From Amoeboaphelidium protococcarum X5 (lineage: Eukaryota > Fungi > Aphelidiomycota), in the NCBI GenBank assembly GCA_023515725.1, contig JALDTO010000266.1, forward strand, positions 1,027,759 to 1,091,758: 64,000 nucleotides of DNA, in the 5' to 3' direction. Both the position numbers and the translations under genes were made by a program. How positions within the stretch are numbered: position 1 is the stretch's first letter; each line of letters opens with the position of its first letter. The notes beneath the pieces are model-generated. The model saw only the letters and a program-made list of their open reading frames with translations. It searched no databases and was not told the origin of the DNA. This document shows positions 43,705 to 60,360 of this stretch, one piece after another.

Positions 43705-45132
43705 TCAATTTGAATTCTTTTAGGATTAATCATCATCAGAGACTTTTTTAACGTACGGTTTTCTAGGATTGTTCGATCGTCTCAGAGCAGATTTGTGCTT
43801 TCGAGAGCTCAAATGGATTTCCCACTCACGTCTTCCATGAATAACTTTATCACAAGCTGTACATGACTCTTTAAAGTACTTACATTCGTCTTCTAAAGCT
43901 ACGGATTTTGACAGTAGTGCCTCTTATAATGGGCCGTTCCAGTCTTGAACATTAGGTAACTGATCATCATTATCCTCAAATTTAGCAACGACCGATGATG
44001 CAAAGTTTAATATTTTATCCCATTGATCGCGGGATGCTTCTTACACGTCCAAGATGTAGAATGGTGTTTTCACCTTATGCAGCACTGGTGCCATTTTGTG
44101 CTTTATCCATTTTAATTACATTTTTGCCAACGTTCGTGTATTCTGCTTCATAAGTTCCACGCTCTGCATAAACATATTCCGCTATTAGAGATCATCAATC
44201 TACTCAATGTCCGACTGCGTAGAGTCAGGATACTTGTGGAGATAATGACGAAACTCTTTATATCCGATAGACTACAGAACGCCTCGGGAAATATCAATTA
44301 CATCGCATAGATCTTAAGTCTCATCCAAATCAGGCGCAAGTGTCTACACTACCTTCTGATGTACATCTATCAACTCTTGATGCAGGCCGCGTTCAAACAT
44401 TAAATCAACACGCGTATCTAATCGAGGGTGTAGATATACATTATCACTGTACATACAGAAAACTACGGCAGGATATCGTTCAGTAAATCGAGTCTACTAA
44501 CCTGACAGCAACTAACTGTGTTGCTGACCACTTTCATAATAAACTTCCAGACTTCTCTTAATCTTGCGCGTATCATTTCTATGCCATCTGGTGAGCATTA
44601 TCGGATCAACTCTCTACAACTCTTGATAGATGGCATCATGATCATTTGTGTCCAGTAACTCTTTGATTCTTAATCTTTCAAATTCAGAGAGATTGATAAT
44701 AGACTCTTTTTACGTCGGTATATTCTATTGAGTGGCAGATAATGCATCTTCCAAGTGCTCATCCTGCCACAACAATCGCTACACGTAATAATGCGTTCCT
44801 CCGACTACGATAGGCAATTTACCACGCGCATGAATGTCATCAATAGCTGCTGTGGCATCTTTAATAAAATCCACTATAGTATAATCTTTCATATGAGTAT
44901 CACGATACCGATGCCATAATCGCACGTCTTGGAAAGATAAAAGATGATGTCTTACACCGGTCATCTCCTCCTCCGTAACTTTATTCGTAGAGATATCCAG
45001 GCCTTTGTACACTTATAAAGCATCAGCGTTAATAACCTCACCGTTGAATTTCTGAGCCAATTCAATACCCAGTTTGGATTTACCTGTTCCTGTAGCTCCA
45101 ACTATAGCAATGATAGGCTTTCGACGCACCAT
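43705..45132 (-). CDS. MOD5: tRNA dimethylallyltransferase (Mod5/TRIT1), 475 aa
   Basis: [46 protein letters not shown] and a C-terminal zinc finger CTAC...[10 protein letters not shown]. Confidence 0.95.
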
Positions 45133-45214
45133 TTTAGATATCGCAGTTTATATCGAGCGTACAAGCATGAAAACTCTACAAAGAAAAACAACAAAGAAAT
45201 TAACGCTGAACATA

Positions 45215-45784
45215 TCAATACTATTTTATCATTTCAAGATATGTCTCCATAATATACACAGCTGACTATGTGTCTTTCGATACTGCATAGCGATGCCTCA
45301 TTAATTGTGATTAAGGCTGAGACTTGAAGTTTCTTCTCACAATCGCAGTGCTGAAACGCTCGTCAATCATCACAACGTTTTTCCATTGAAGCGGGCCGCC
45401 GACTAAACGCTCGTCCTGAGCCTTTCTTCCACCAATCAATTGCTCTTTCTTTGGAACTGCTTAAGCGCATTTAAGCATGTAATTCAAGTGTACGCGGCTC
45501 TATCGCGTCTATTATCCAGAGAAATCGAGCGGTTCCCCGATGATATATCCGCTCACATCATCGATCGTCAGATTATGAACAGATTGCATGAGTACAGAGT
45601 TTATTACGGTACTTAGCATATGGGGTGGCGGAGTTAGAATTGAAGCCACTGGGAATGCCGCCTGTTATTGAAAGTCTGCAACTGCTAGGCCGATTCTCTT
45701 GGTCCCCAAATCCATGGCGAGAACGCGTCCCTTACGATACGTAGCATTGTAAAAGTCGATCACATTCAGCAAGGGCAGTTTCAT
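45215..45784 (-). CDS. yqgF: YqgF/RuvX-family RNase H-fold nuclease (pre-16S rRNA processing type), 189 aa
   Basis: GRVLAMDLGTKRIGLAVAD, AFP, IIGEPLDFSG, MIDERFST and KDTQSAVYIMETYL; 8 in-frame TAR codons; absent from the ORF track. Confidence 0.88.
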
Positions 45785-46122
45785 CCAATTAGTTTACCAA
45801 ACCAGTAGGATGAATAATAAAAGAAATGACGACAGATCTAACAATTACCAGTATGAATTCCAACAGAGAGAGATTCAGCCGTAAGTTTGGCGCGTCGAGA
45901 CGTTGTGAAATTGAAGACGAGTTGAGCCGAGAAAGATTTCTCCTTTTTTCAATCGTTCGGACGTCGGTCGCTTCTACACAGAGGCCATCACCGCCGGCTA
46001 GAGAAAATTGTATATATATTGTGCAAAAGAGTGCAAATACACTCCACTTCTTCAATTGGCTATATTCTAGATACTCTGTACCTCTTTTGCGTAGAGATAC
46101 TGTTAATAATCAATTCATCATA

Positions 46123-46776
46123 ATGACCGATACCTCTTCATCTGCTAATAATAATGAACTCTCAATATAGCAGCGGGAAGAGTCGACGAATGTATCAATG
46201 TAACCGAAGAAAGTGGACGTTGAAGAAGATGATGGTGAAGATATTAACGATCCGTCCTCTGAGAAATGGTCTTTGAAGAATTATGAAAAGTGGAAAGCTA
46301 CAGTTCCAGTGTCTGAACTTGTGGGCGGTACCAATATTAGGGGTATGAAGACTCTGCGCCATGACGATGAAGATCATTCGCCGACAGTATTCAGTTAACG
46401 GTATCCCAATGTTCGATTGATTATAGATATATCAAAGGATGAGCCTCCGTATATGACAAATCTCGCAGACTTCAATATTATATATCACAAGATTGGGACT
46501 GCGAGTAAGATTCCGCCAACGGATGAAGAAGTGTAACAATTTTGCGATATAGTGCAGGAGTACCTCTTGCGGCCCGGCGTTCCAAAGGATGTAGAAGTTG
46601 GCGTCCACTGTCATTATGGATAGAACAGAACTGGCTTCATGATATGCTCATATCTGATCAAGGTGCATAAATTTGATGTTTAATCTGCGATTGAAATGTG
46701 GGCAAAGGCTAGGCCTCCTGGAATTAAACATTAGCACTTTAAAGATGAGCTTATACGGAGATACTCTTAAAAATGA
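46123..46776 (+). CDS. Cys-based phosphatase of the RNA 5'-triphosphatase/DUSP11-like group, 217 aa
   Basis: VHCHYGQNRTGFMICSYL (HCxxGxNRTG), IIDIS, SKIPP and ARPPGIKH..FKDEL..RY. Confidence 0.85.
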
Positions 46777-47135
46777 CATTTCGCTCTCAGTACACAGTAA
46801 AAGTTTATTTAAATCTTGTTAACACTCTCTTTAACTTATCGTCTTTAATGCTTAGTAGTTTCGCGCTCTTTTTGATTATTAAATGGCTTTAAATAGCAAA
46901 GACCCTTTAGCGTCGTTTCATCTGATCGAAACAACTTTTAAAAGAGCGTTGTTGATGAATCATGCGGGGATTGAATGCTAATGTTTGAATGCTGATTATA
47001 AACATGGTCAGTCATCAACGTCAGAATTAATAACAGTGTTATTTTAAGCTGTTAGAATCAAGGTTGCTTTCATTTTACTGTTGTTCTTATTACGAATATC
47101 GCTGAGCTATTTACAGAAATCAACTCACTCCGGTA

Positions 47136-47776
47136 ATGACGAGATCTTATAATCCAGATAGTCCCGTGCCAAGAGAAGACAAGGCAGCATCTACCACACC
47201 TCATAGTCCTGATAGAATTTGGGTACGTTATGGTAAAGAGGCGAGATCAACTTCATTTACAAGGCGCATGTTTGAAAACGATTCGCTGGTTGATGATTTG
47301 ATCACGCGTGTCAAGGAACGGATTCCGACTCTGCATGATGTGGGCAGTGGCGATATTGCTCTCCTAGACAGGAAGGGATCCGAGATTCCTGCAGAGTAAA
47401 GCCTGGAAAAGCTACCTGCAACTACTTAGAGACATCCGCTTATTGTGTTTGACCGCAAGTCATTTCGAGAAGGCTTCATCATTCCCACAGAGCCGTCTGA
47501 GCTATGGAATAGCATCAAGGTATTCTTTTTACAATAGTGCGTTCGACTGCATATTCTCCATTAATATCAACTGTTGTGTAGCGCTGGACAACTGTGGCTA
47601 TTGTATTCATCTTACTATTTCTGATCAGTTCATTTTTTGTGTCCAAAGATATTCAAGAGTTCAAACGATCTGCCAAATAAGCTTTTGTCGTGTTTCAACA
47701 AGGCTGGAGGATTGGTTCATGGACCTTGTCAAAGGTTATCAGAATACTAATGCCCAAAGATAGAATGGATGATTGA
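47136..47776 (+). CDS. Crinkler/SSK1-type ubiquitin-like header domain + C-terminal TM segment; intron 47520-47581
   Basis: RIWVRY...VDDLITRVKERIP.L.......IAL......I....L..L...T..HPLIV pattern; after splicing, WTTVAIVFILLFLISSFFV. Confidence 0.55.
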
Positions 47777-47887
47777 GCGATTTAGGTACAAAGCTTGACG
47801 GTATACAAGAAAAATGATTGAGTATAAAGTAAATGAAGGGAGTTTTGTTTTCACTGTCTTAATACATTTTATTAAAGACAAATCCGA

Positions 47888-49903
47888 TCACACCACGTTG
47901 TATTGATCTAGTTGGTGCATTTCCGGCTATTACACTCCACCATTGAGAGTACGCTATTAAGCCTTTTACCACTTGGCGTCTGCACGAAGAATCTTCTTAC
48001 GCCTGAGCACGACGTCTCTCCTACCAATGCCAGCAGCATATACAGATCTCACTAGACCGATATAAGCAATAGCGACTAAAACTCCAATAATTGCCAAGAT
48101 AAAGACGACATTAATTCCCGCACTGAAACGGTCCAAAGCGCCAATTTGCTCTAGTTGTTACTCTCCAGGAACTCCATTGATCGAGTTGCCAATAAGCTGA
48201 CTCCTGGCCATTCCAGTGAACGCGTATTGCAGAGGTGAAATCCACTGGATCCATCTGAGCCATACTGGAACGATGATCAAGTTGACGAAGAAACCACCCA
48301 TAATAACTAGAGGTAGGATAACTAAAGGTCCCAGTACTGTAGCAGAATCGACACTCTTAAAAATTGCACCTAGTGCCAATCCGAGTACAGTACCAAATAA
48401 TGCAATTAAAGTCACGAACAATGTGAACAATAGGAAGTTCTCAAATCCATCTCTAAATCCAATGATCCAGTAAACTACGAAGCACAGAATAATGGGAAAT
48501 ATGAGCTGGAACGGCAGCTCAATGAGCACCTTGGACAAGAAGTAAGACGGTATTCTATAATAGCCAGCACCATATTCACGTTCAAAGAGCGGTTTCTCCC
48601 CTCCAAACACATGCAGGACACTATTAAAACTCACGAAAGTCTAATTGATAAGAATCAAAAACATTGCACCCAGGAGACTCTAAAACACAGCTTGAGGCGG
48701 TACAGCTGTAGTTCTACCAGCGTTCAAATACACCAGAGCAATAAATAAAGCCAGTCCAGTAGTAGTTACAATCCTAGTTATAATATACGATGGATCTCGG
48801 AATACTTTCAGTAAAGTTCTAGAAAATAAGAATCTAGTCTGCACGTCAAATGGCGCCGTAGACTTGAGCATGCTTGCAGTGATTGACCCATCGGGCTTAT
48901 TCTCGATCAGTTACTTCATTCTCTGTGCAAGCTCAGAATTCAGATATGCATCATTAAGTTATGATATTCTCTCGGCTGAGCTAATCATTGTCTCATTTTC
49001 GCCACTCTTACGCAGCACACTAATAAATATGTGATCTGCAGGATTAGCATATCTAGGGAAATCATATCCTAATGACGCGAAATACTACTGCATAGACTCT
49101 TATGGGCCATGATATATAATTTTTCCATCAGACAGAATCAGAATGTCGTGCATCAACTCCAGCATTTAACTGGACGGAGCATGAATTGTCGCAATAATGG
49201 TCCTACCTTCTTCAGCCAGCTTGCGTAGTAATTAAATTACCAAGAGAGAGGAGAAAGCATCAAGACCAGATGTTGGCTCATCCAAATACAGAACCGGGCT
49301 GTTGGCAACGAGCTCCATACCAATAGACACACGCTTTCTCTCACCACCACTAATTCCTCTCTTCATAGCAGATCCTATAGGGGAGTCACGAATGTGCCCA
49401 ATAAGCAGCGACTTCAATACTCTATCAACAACACGCTCGCGTTCTTCATGATTTAAGTCAGGACGTCTCAGCTTGGCACTCATCATAAGACATTCATAAA
49501 CTGTCATGGTACCTTGAAATAAATCATCTTGCTGCACAAATCCACTAATTTAATTCATAAAGCGGCCATCTTTTACCAGTTCACCGTTGACATAAACGTC
49601 GCTCTCAACTCGAGTGCCTTACAGAGCTGCTCCATTACCTGATAAGACGTTAAGTAGGACACTTTTTCCAGCACCGGAGCCACCCAAAATGACACATAAT
49701 CTCCCAGGAAGAAATGCGCCATACAAATTATGCAAAACTTGACGCTCCACCTTTTGGCGATATGAAAAATTTTCAATTACACTTTGTTTCAATCGAGACA
49801 GCAGATTCTGATTCTTGACTTGGACAGGCTTGTTTACTTTAATGAACACATTTGTATCTTGGAATGATACTTGAACCTATCTTTGATCGCCCGCAGATTC
49901 CAT
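47888..49903 (-). CDS. ABCG (White-type) half transporter, 671 aa
   Basis: GGSGAGKS, FVQQDD, ISGGERKRVSIG, LYLDEPTSGLD, TIHAP, NPAD, EKPLFERE and a C-terminal TMD. Confidence 0.95.
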
Positions 49904-50162
49904 GCTGAATATCTCGATTAAATGTACCAATGATAAAGAAGAAGAGGAAAAGAGATGACGGTTGATAGAGCGACTGAATTTTGAATTTGACTTGATTACG
50001 TCATCAGGGTCGCGAAACGCGGTGGTCGATTTGTCAGCTTTTCAAGATGTCGAATTGAGATCTTAAATCTCTTGATTAGGAAACAAGTGCCATTGTTTCA
50101 AGAACCATTAAAAAATAACACATTGATTGTAAGCTGATATATTAACTTAATTTTCACTTTCA

Positions 50163-51065
50163 TCAGCAAACATTTCTTTAACTCAGATCATCTTCCAATG
50201 AATCGTCAGAAGAGTCACTGTCCCCAAACAACCAGGTGAATACGGCTTCTCAACTTTCATTCTCCACAAAGACTTTGAAAGCCTACTAAGAATGGAGGAT
50301 ATTTGGGCTTCCTGTAAGGTACATCGTCGCAAATTCCATAAAATAACGCGAGCCATGGTGCCATAACTTTTCAACGGGGAATGCTGAGGCTTTCTTACAC
50401 TCAGTAGCCAACAATGCGCTTCCAGACCAACCTTTAAAAACGATGTCAGATCTACCCAGAACACCAAAGGCCCCTCCAAATCTAACAATGCCCTATTGCA
50501 ATTGGCAGATTTAAGGCCTTATGTAACTGTTTCACAGGGGAGGGGCAAACGCGGAGGATATAGACGCTATGTTACTATTGTTCACTGATAACTCACGCTA
50601 TTTACATCAACATTTAACGCCTTCTTAGAAGAGAAGTAGCATGCCAGCGTATGCCTTTTATAACAGCCATGACTCATTTAGAATCACTATCAAAGCAGAA
50701 CACGTCACCAAACGCCGACGCACCCGTCTCATGACTCCGCACGTAGTTGTTCAGAAGACGCTGTTGATGAAGTGCGGCTGGTTAACTCTTTATTGTTGTA
50801 TAAAGTCTATTCGTCCATAATTTTGACCCTCACATTCAGTGCGTCCGCGACTATACGCTGCAGGCTTAAGTGTAAATAAAAGGACTTAATATCGAGTAAA
50901 TGGTGTCAGAGGCTGTAGTCTAGTACACTTTTTGACACATTAGACAGCACCAAGCGCGGCATTCAGTGCCTCAACAAACTTGCGCGCATCTTCATCAACC
51001 AGTTCCACGCGATTATATTGCAGTTTCGCTCACATTTAATCGTCCTACTAATGATATCTATCTAC
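50163..51065 (-). pseudogene. Decayed tandem paralogue of the 51680-52954 gene
   Basis: GRSDIVFKGWSGSALLATECKKASAFPVEKLWHHGSR is nearly identical to the neighbour. Premature TGA at 50250-50252, an internal deletion, and an N-terminal remnant at about 50850-51060 separated by unrelated sequence. Confidence 0.8.
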
Positions 51066-51679
51066 CTGTGTCGCAGACCACTTGCTTGTTCTAGGTGTAA
51101 TCATTCTTCAAATAAAAAAAGTTAATTTCGATTACAATTTCTTATATTTCATATTCCAAGTATAACACTAATTAACAATCTCAATTTAAGCAAATTATAA
51201 CTGTCATACCAATCCTATCGCGAACAATCAGGTTGTAAATTCACGCGATACAAGTGATTTGAAAAATTTCATTGAGATTTAGGACTCAGCATCACTTGTG
51301 AGAACTTTCAGAATGTTATTTAATCTTGATACATATCATATGAAGGGAAAGTATTGATTCCAACTCTGCAAATAATCGTAGAAATTGTCGCGTTATACGG
51401 AATACATCCCAACATTGAAGATCTTTGTCAACTGTATTTAATGAGCTTTCATCCAAATATTACTCTGTCAGTCGCTCAGACACAATTGATATTTTTAAGC
51501 TTAAAGACGCCTGAATTCATATTTTGGAAAGAAGTTGCATCAACTCCATTACTTTTTTTACTTTATAAAAGCGCCACTCGGAGTGAAAAACTTCTTGCTG
51601 GCACATGGAAATATGGTTGAGCATTAATTAAAGCATAGTAAATAACGATGCAAATTTATTATTTAGAAATAAGCTTTAT

Positions 51680-52954
51680 TCAACAAGAATTTTTATCAAC
51701 ATCTATAAATAATTGTTCTAAAACGGAAACTCTATCGTCCGGCATAACACGAACATAGGTGTACACTGGAACTCCATCATCGAATCCAGAGGCGAACTTC
51801 GGCTAAGTAAGCGAGAGCTTTTGAGCACGAGATACTTTCTTATCATCGTCCATGCCATCCCTTTTTCTCTTATTGCCAACCTGCTTGCCAGTAGAGACGA
51901 CATTGGACTGGTACTCAAACGACTTTGACGGCGTTTGCATCAATCCGAGATCGTCCTCCAACGAAGAGTCGCGATCATCATCACCGCATGCTAGCAAGCA
52001 AATTGATATTACAGATAATATCACACTAGTCATCTGCTGCACAGAGTAAGAATGTGCCACCATCTGTCTGGAGTAAGGTTCTCTGTTGTCAGCAGAGTCA
52101 CTGTCCCCAAACGGCCAGGTGTGTATGGCGTCCCTACTCTCATTATCCACGAAGACTTTGAAAGCCTTCTGCGAATAGAGAATGGTTGGACATCCAGAGC
52201 GATACATAGTCGATATCGTCTGGATGCCACGCGAGCCATGGTGCCACAACTTGTCCACAGGAAACGCTGAGGCTTTCTTACACTCAGTAGCCAACAATGC
52301 GTTCCCAGACCAACCTTTAAAAATTGTGTTAGATCTACCGCGAATGTCGTACTTAGAGCGTGCCAACACACCCCCAACGATGAATGATTAATTGTGAATA
52401 TACTAAACAGTTATTCCAAGACACGAGCCTATTTACGCCACGAGAACATCAAACGAATCTTGAATTGCACTTTCGCTTCCAGAAAAATCTATACTAGTTA
52501 GCACGCGATACAATCGTCTTATTATAGGATTATTCAATACTTTCTCCTCTGCAATATCAAGCCAATTTGTTGGGGCACCAACGATAGCAGCCAGGGCGTC
52601 GAGAGAATCGATAGGCTATAAACTTCTATACAAAAATGGATTTAAAACCAGATGCATCATTTAAGAGGCTGTAGGCTTCTTTACAATCTAAATAGCACCA
52701 AACGTAGTGGCATTATCAGGCTCAAGAAATTCCCACGCATCAGCTTCTTCGTCAAGATAAACGCGATTAGCATGCAGTCTAGCAGTCATTAACTAATTTA
52801 AATCATCCTCCAAATTGACATCTACCGGTAATTCGAGAGACTCTACAGACACTTGGGATTCAGCATCGCTTTCACTAATGTAGCTATCAATATCAGAGTT
52901 GACCCGAATGTTTATAATATCTTGTTCACTTTTAAGCTTTGGTCCTTGGAGCAT
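51680..52954 (-). CDS. PD-(D/E)xK restriction-endonuclease-fold protein (Crinkler-effector-like), 424 aa
   Basis: SESAIQ...GRSNTIF...LLATECK...RGIQT..TMY fits the E..D..ExK..Q core; acidic N-terminus, KRKR NLS-like patch and C-terminal PKFASGFDDGVPVYTYVRV. Confidence 0.6.
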
Positions 52955-53474
52955 CTTGAGGTGTAAAATGAGAGGTGGACAAAATCAGTAAAAACTTTGA
53001 TTCGCAATTGAAATGTATGGGATCTTGATTCAGCCTCATTGGTCGAATTGAAAGGGATGGAGGCCCCTTACTTTGATATTAGAGTTCTCATCGTGTCAAC
53101 CGAGCTGTTTCAAAATTGTCAACAAACATGTGATGGTTGCGTACCAACATCATAGATTTGTCATGTCAACCATTGCTGTTGTTTATGGTACCATCCCTTG
53201 TGTATCACCACTTTTGTAACTGATGATTCTCGAGCTTACTAAGCTCCAGATGTTTAAGAATCATATTCCTATTTACGAACAATAGTATAAATAATTCTAC
53301 GAGCTCCGAGCCTTTTCGAACATGAAGTGTGCATGACGAAAGGGCTTCTTCTGTAAAAGTATAGAGTTGTGTTGTACTGAGTATAACCTGAATATTCGTA
53401 ATCGCTAATGCTACCACCCAAAAGCATAATACATAAAAATAGAATGGCAAAGTATACGCGTAAATGCCATCCCT

Positions 53475-56225
<2,751 letters not shown>

Positions 56226-56390
56226 TTCTAATAATGGCGACTTTCATCAAAAGAGAAAAGAAAAGCTTTAATCAAGTTGCGAATTAACAGTTTAACAAAA
56301 ACTGAGGATTTAATAGTCATTTTGAATAAAATGAACTGATTATTTAGATATGAGACGCAGCAAAACTTAATCCGATCAATAAATAATTAA

Positions 56391-58109
<1,719 letters not shown>

Positions 58110-58269
58110 TAGTAATATATTCGTGCACAAAGGCTATATATGAGTAACGATTCAACGTTGAATATACTGTGCCTTAAAGACAGAAGAACACGCGAGCAAT
58201 TACGAAACACCTTTCTTTCTTCATGATCTATAAGTTTGTGTCTCATTTACAGCGCGGAAATCATTCGAA

Positions 58270-59964
58270 ATGGAATAGGAATCGGACGATAAATTATATC
58301 ATTATGTCTGTGAAAAGTGCCATTAGCCTTTACAGGTCACTGATGAAGTAGTGGACCCACAGTTGGCCGGTGAATTGCAATCTAAAGCCTTGAGACGGTC
58401 GACATCTGTTGGATATTCCTCCAGACCGATTTCTGCCTCAATGCCAACAACTGATGGTCAGGAGCGATTGGCTGATTAATTTAAGAAGATTAGTGTATAG
58501 TCCAAAATTAAAGAGATTCGGGATTTCAACGTATAGTCTGCGCCCGATGCCTCGTACATGATCTTGTCCCCTGCTCCTCAAGATCTGCTTCCTACGTAAC
58601 GTTCTTCTACTCAAGCAACTCATAATACTGCGAGTGCAGCTAGTTCTCCTTTCTCTTAACGCAAGTATGGTCACTCCTCGTAATCTAGTTATAATAATAA
58701 TAATAGCGGTTCTTAGTAGAGTAGCGCCAATAATAGTTCCAGCGGTAAGTACTCAAAGTCACCCAAGTAGTCACTAAAGTCTCCGTCTAAATAGCCTTTA
58801 TTCAATACTAATAGTAATAATAATAATAACGAGAAAAGATTCATAGAAGCATCAGACGCTGATACTCTGTCATCTAAACATAATGTAACTCTTTCTAGTG
58901 CCGATCAATTGTAATGGTATGAACGCGTTCAAACTGTTGATTAATATATAGAAATGATTGCACAAGATCTTGAGATGGATCTTCCTCTATGTATTGATTG
59001 TTACGAGTCTGTGGAGAGGACACTAAAGCGGTAATTGGATAATGCAGAATAAGAACTTCGCTTATACGAGTCTTTTCAGGAATTTACGAATTAAGATTCA
59101 ATAACATAAGCCAATGAAGAAGTAGATGGTGATGATGAGCGATTGTCATAAGAAGAGTCTGAACTTGATGAATAGTTAAAAGCTTTGTAATAGCAGGAAC
59201 TAGAACTCATTAGACAGCTAGACGAGTTGTCTGTGTAGACAAAGGCATGCAATGAGGAAGAGATTCAGCTATGGGAGGAGCTTTCACGGTAGAATAGGGA
59301 ATTCCATTAGGCGAGTTAAAGTCATTAAACCGCCACTGACATTCATGAATTTGCGAACCGTTAACTTGCCAAGTTAAAGACCACAAATGTGTATGATGAT
59401 GTATTTCACATTTGGCACAGAGGCCCATTTGGTACTATTAATGGATTCAGGTTGGGCAAGTTGAACGTTGACGGTCCAGAATCGGAGCATTTTGTGGATT
59501 GGGCTGAGATTAACGCTGCTCTCGGTCAGGTGTGCCTATTGGTCGACACTCTATCGCGATTGATCCCGTACTAGTTCAAGAAGAATAAAATTGTTCCCAT
59601 TGGATCATTCTCTCGCATTATACATTATGAGAGCGGAAATGTTGGTGATGATGGTAAAGGCGGTGTAGTTTATGAGCTGTACGGCACCGGGGAGTTTTAA
59701 TTGTCACGATTATTTTGGGTCCGTCGGTTTGATTTGGGGATGATACAGGTGCTAGCCTGTATGAAAGAGCTAGAGCATGTGGCAGCCAGCAGTGATAAAT
59801 AGGCTAAGAGTGCATCTGTATTCGCCCTTCCTCATAAGATAAGCCAAGATTTAATCGGCGATGTATGCATAAAACTGTAGTATAACGAGTATGAAATCTG
59901 GACCAGGGCGCTCAAATTTATGCTCACTAATCTCAGATGGCTTCTGGCTTACTTTTGCAAATGA
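58270..59964 (+). CDS. ATG6: Beclin-1/Atg6/Vps30, 564 aa
   Basis: [16 protein letters not shown], a coiled coil, [10 protein letters not shown]...[22 protein letters not shown] and [16 protein letters not shown]. Confidence 0.95.
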
Positions 59965-60360
59965 AATAGACCTGTACTATAAATGGATACAAAGATATTT
60001 ATTTAAAATAACTTTAAGCATTGTATATACAAATTTTAATCACAATTCTAGATTTAAAGCTCTCACTTGATCTACACATTCGTATCAATCACCTCGATGA
60101 TTTTTAATAATGCAACTGCCCAGTGTTTGGGTCTCTCCACACTCCGCGCTTCTATCTGTGAAAGTTTAATAGAGAATTCCATGACTTGGAGTCTTCTTAT
60201 GCGTCTTATAATGCACTGACATTCTTATTAGCTTGAATCTTATCTTTTTACCGACTGGGTTTCTTCATGACGATATTTTTCAACTGAATAACAAAGAAAA
60301 GAAAGCGTAAGAGTTCAAGTGCTAGATATTGGAACTAGCTTTTTTGAATAAAACAAATTC

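Noticed and set aside
50250-50252. In-frame TGA as selenocysteine or read-through
   Set aside because: It aligns to Arg in the intact paralogue and lies in a copy with deletions, so it is a plain nonsense mutation
51354-51620. 88-aa plus-strand ORF between the nuclease-fold paralogues
   Set aside because: TTG start with no upstream in-frame ATG and no motif
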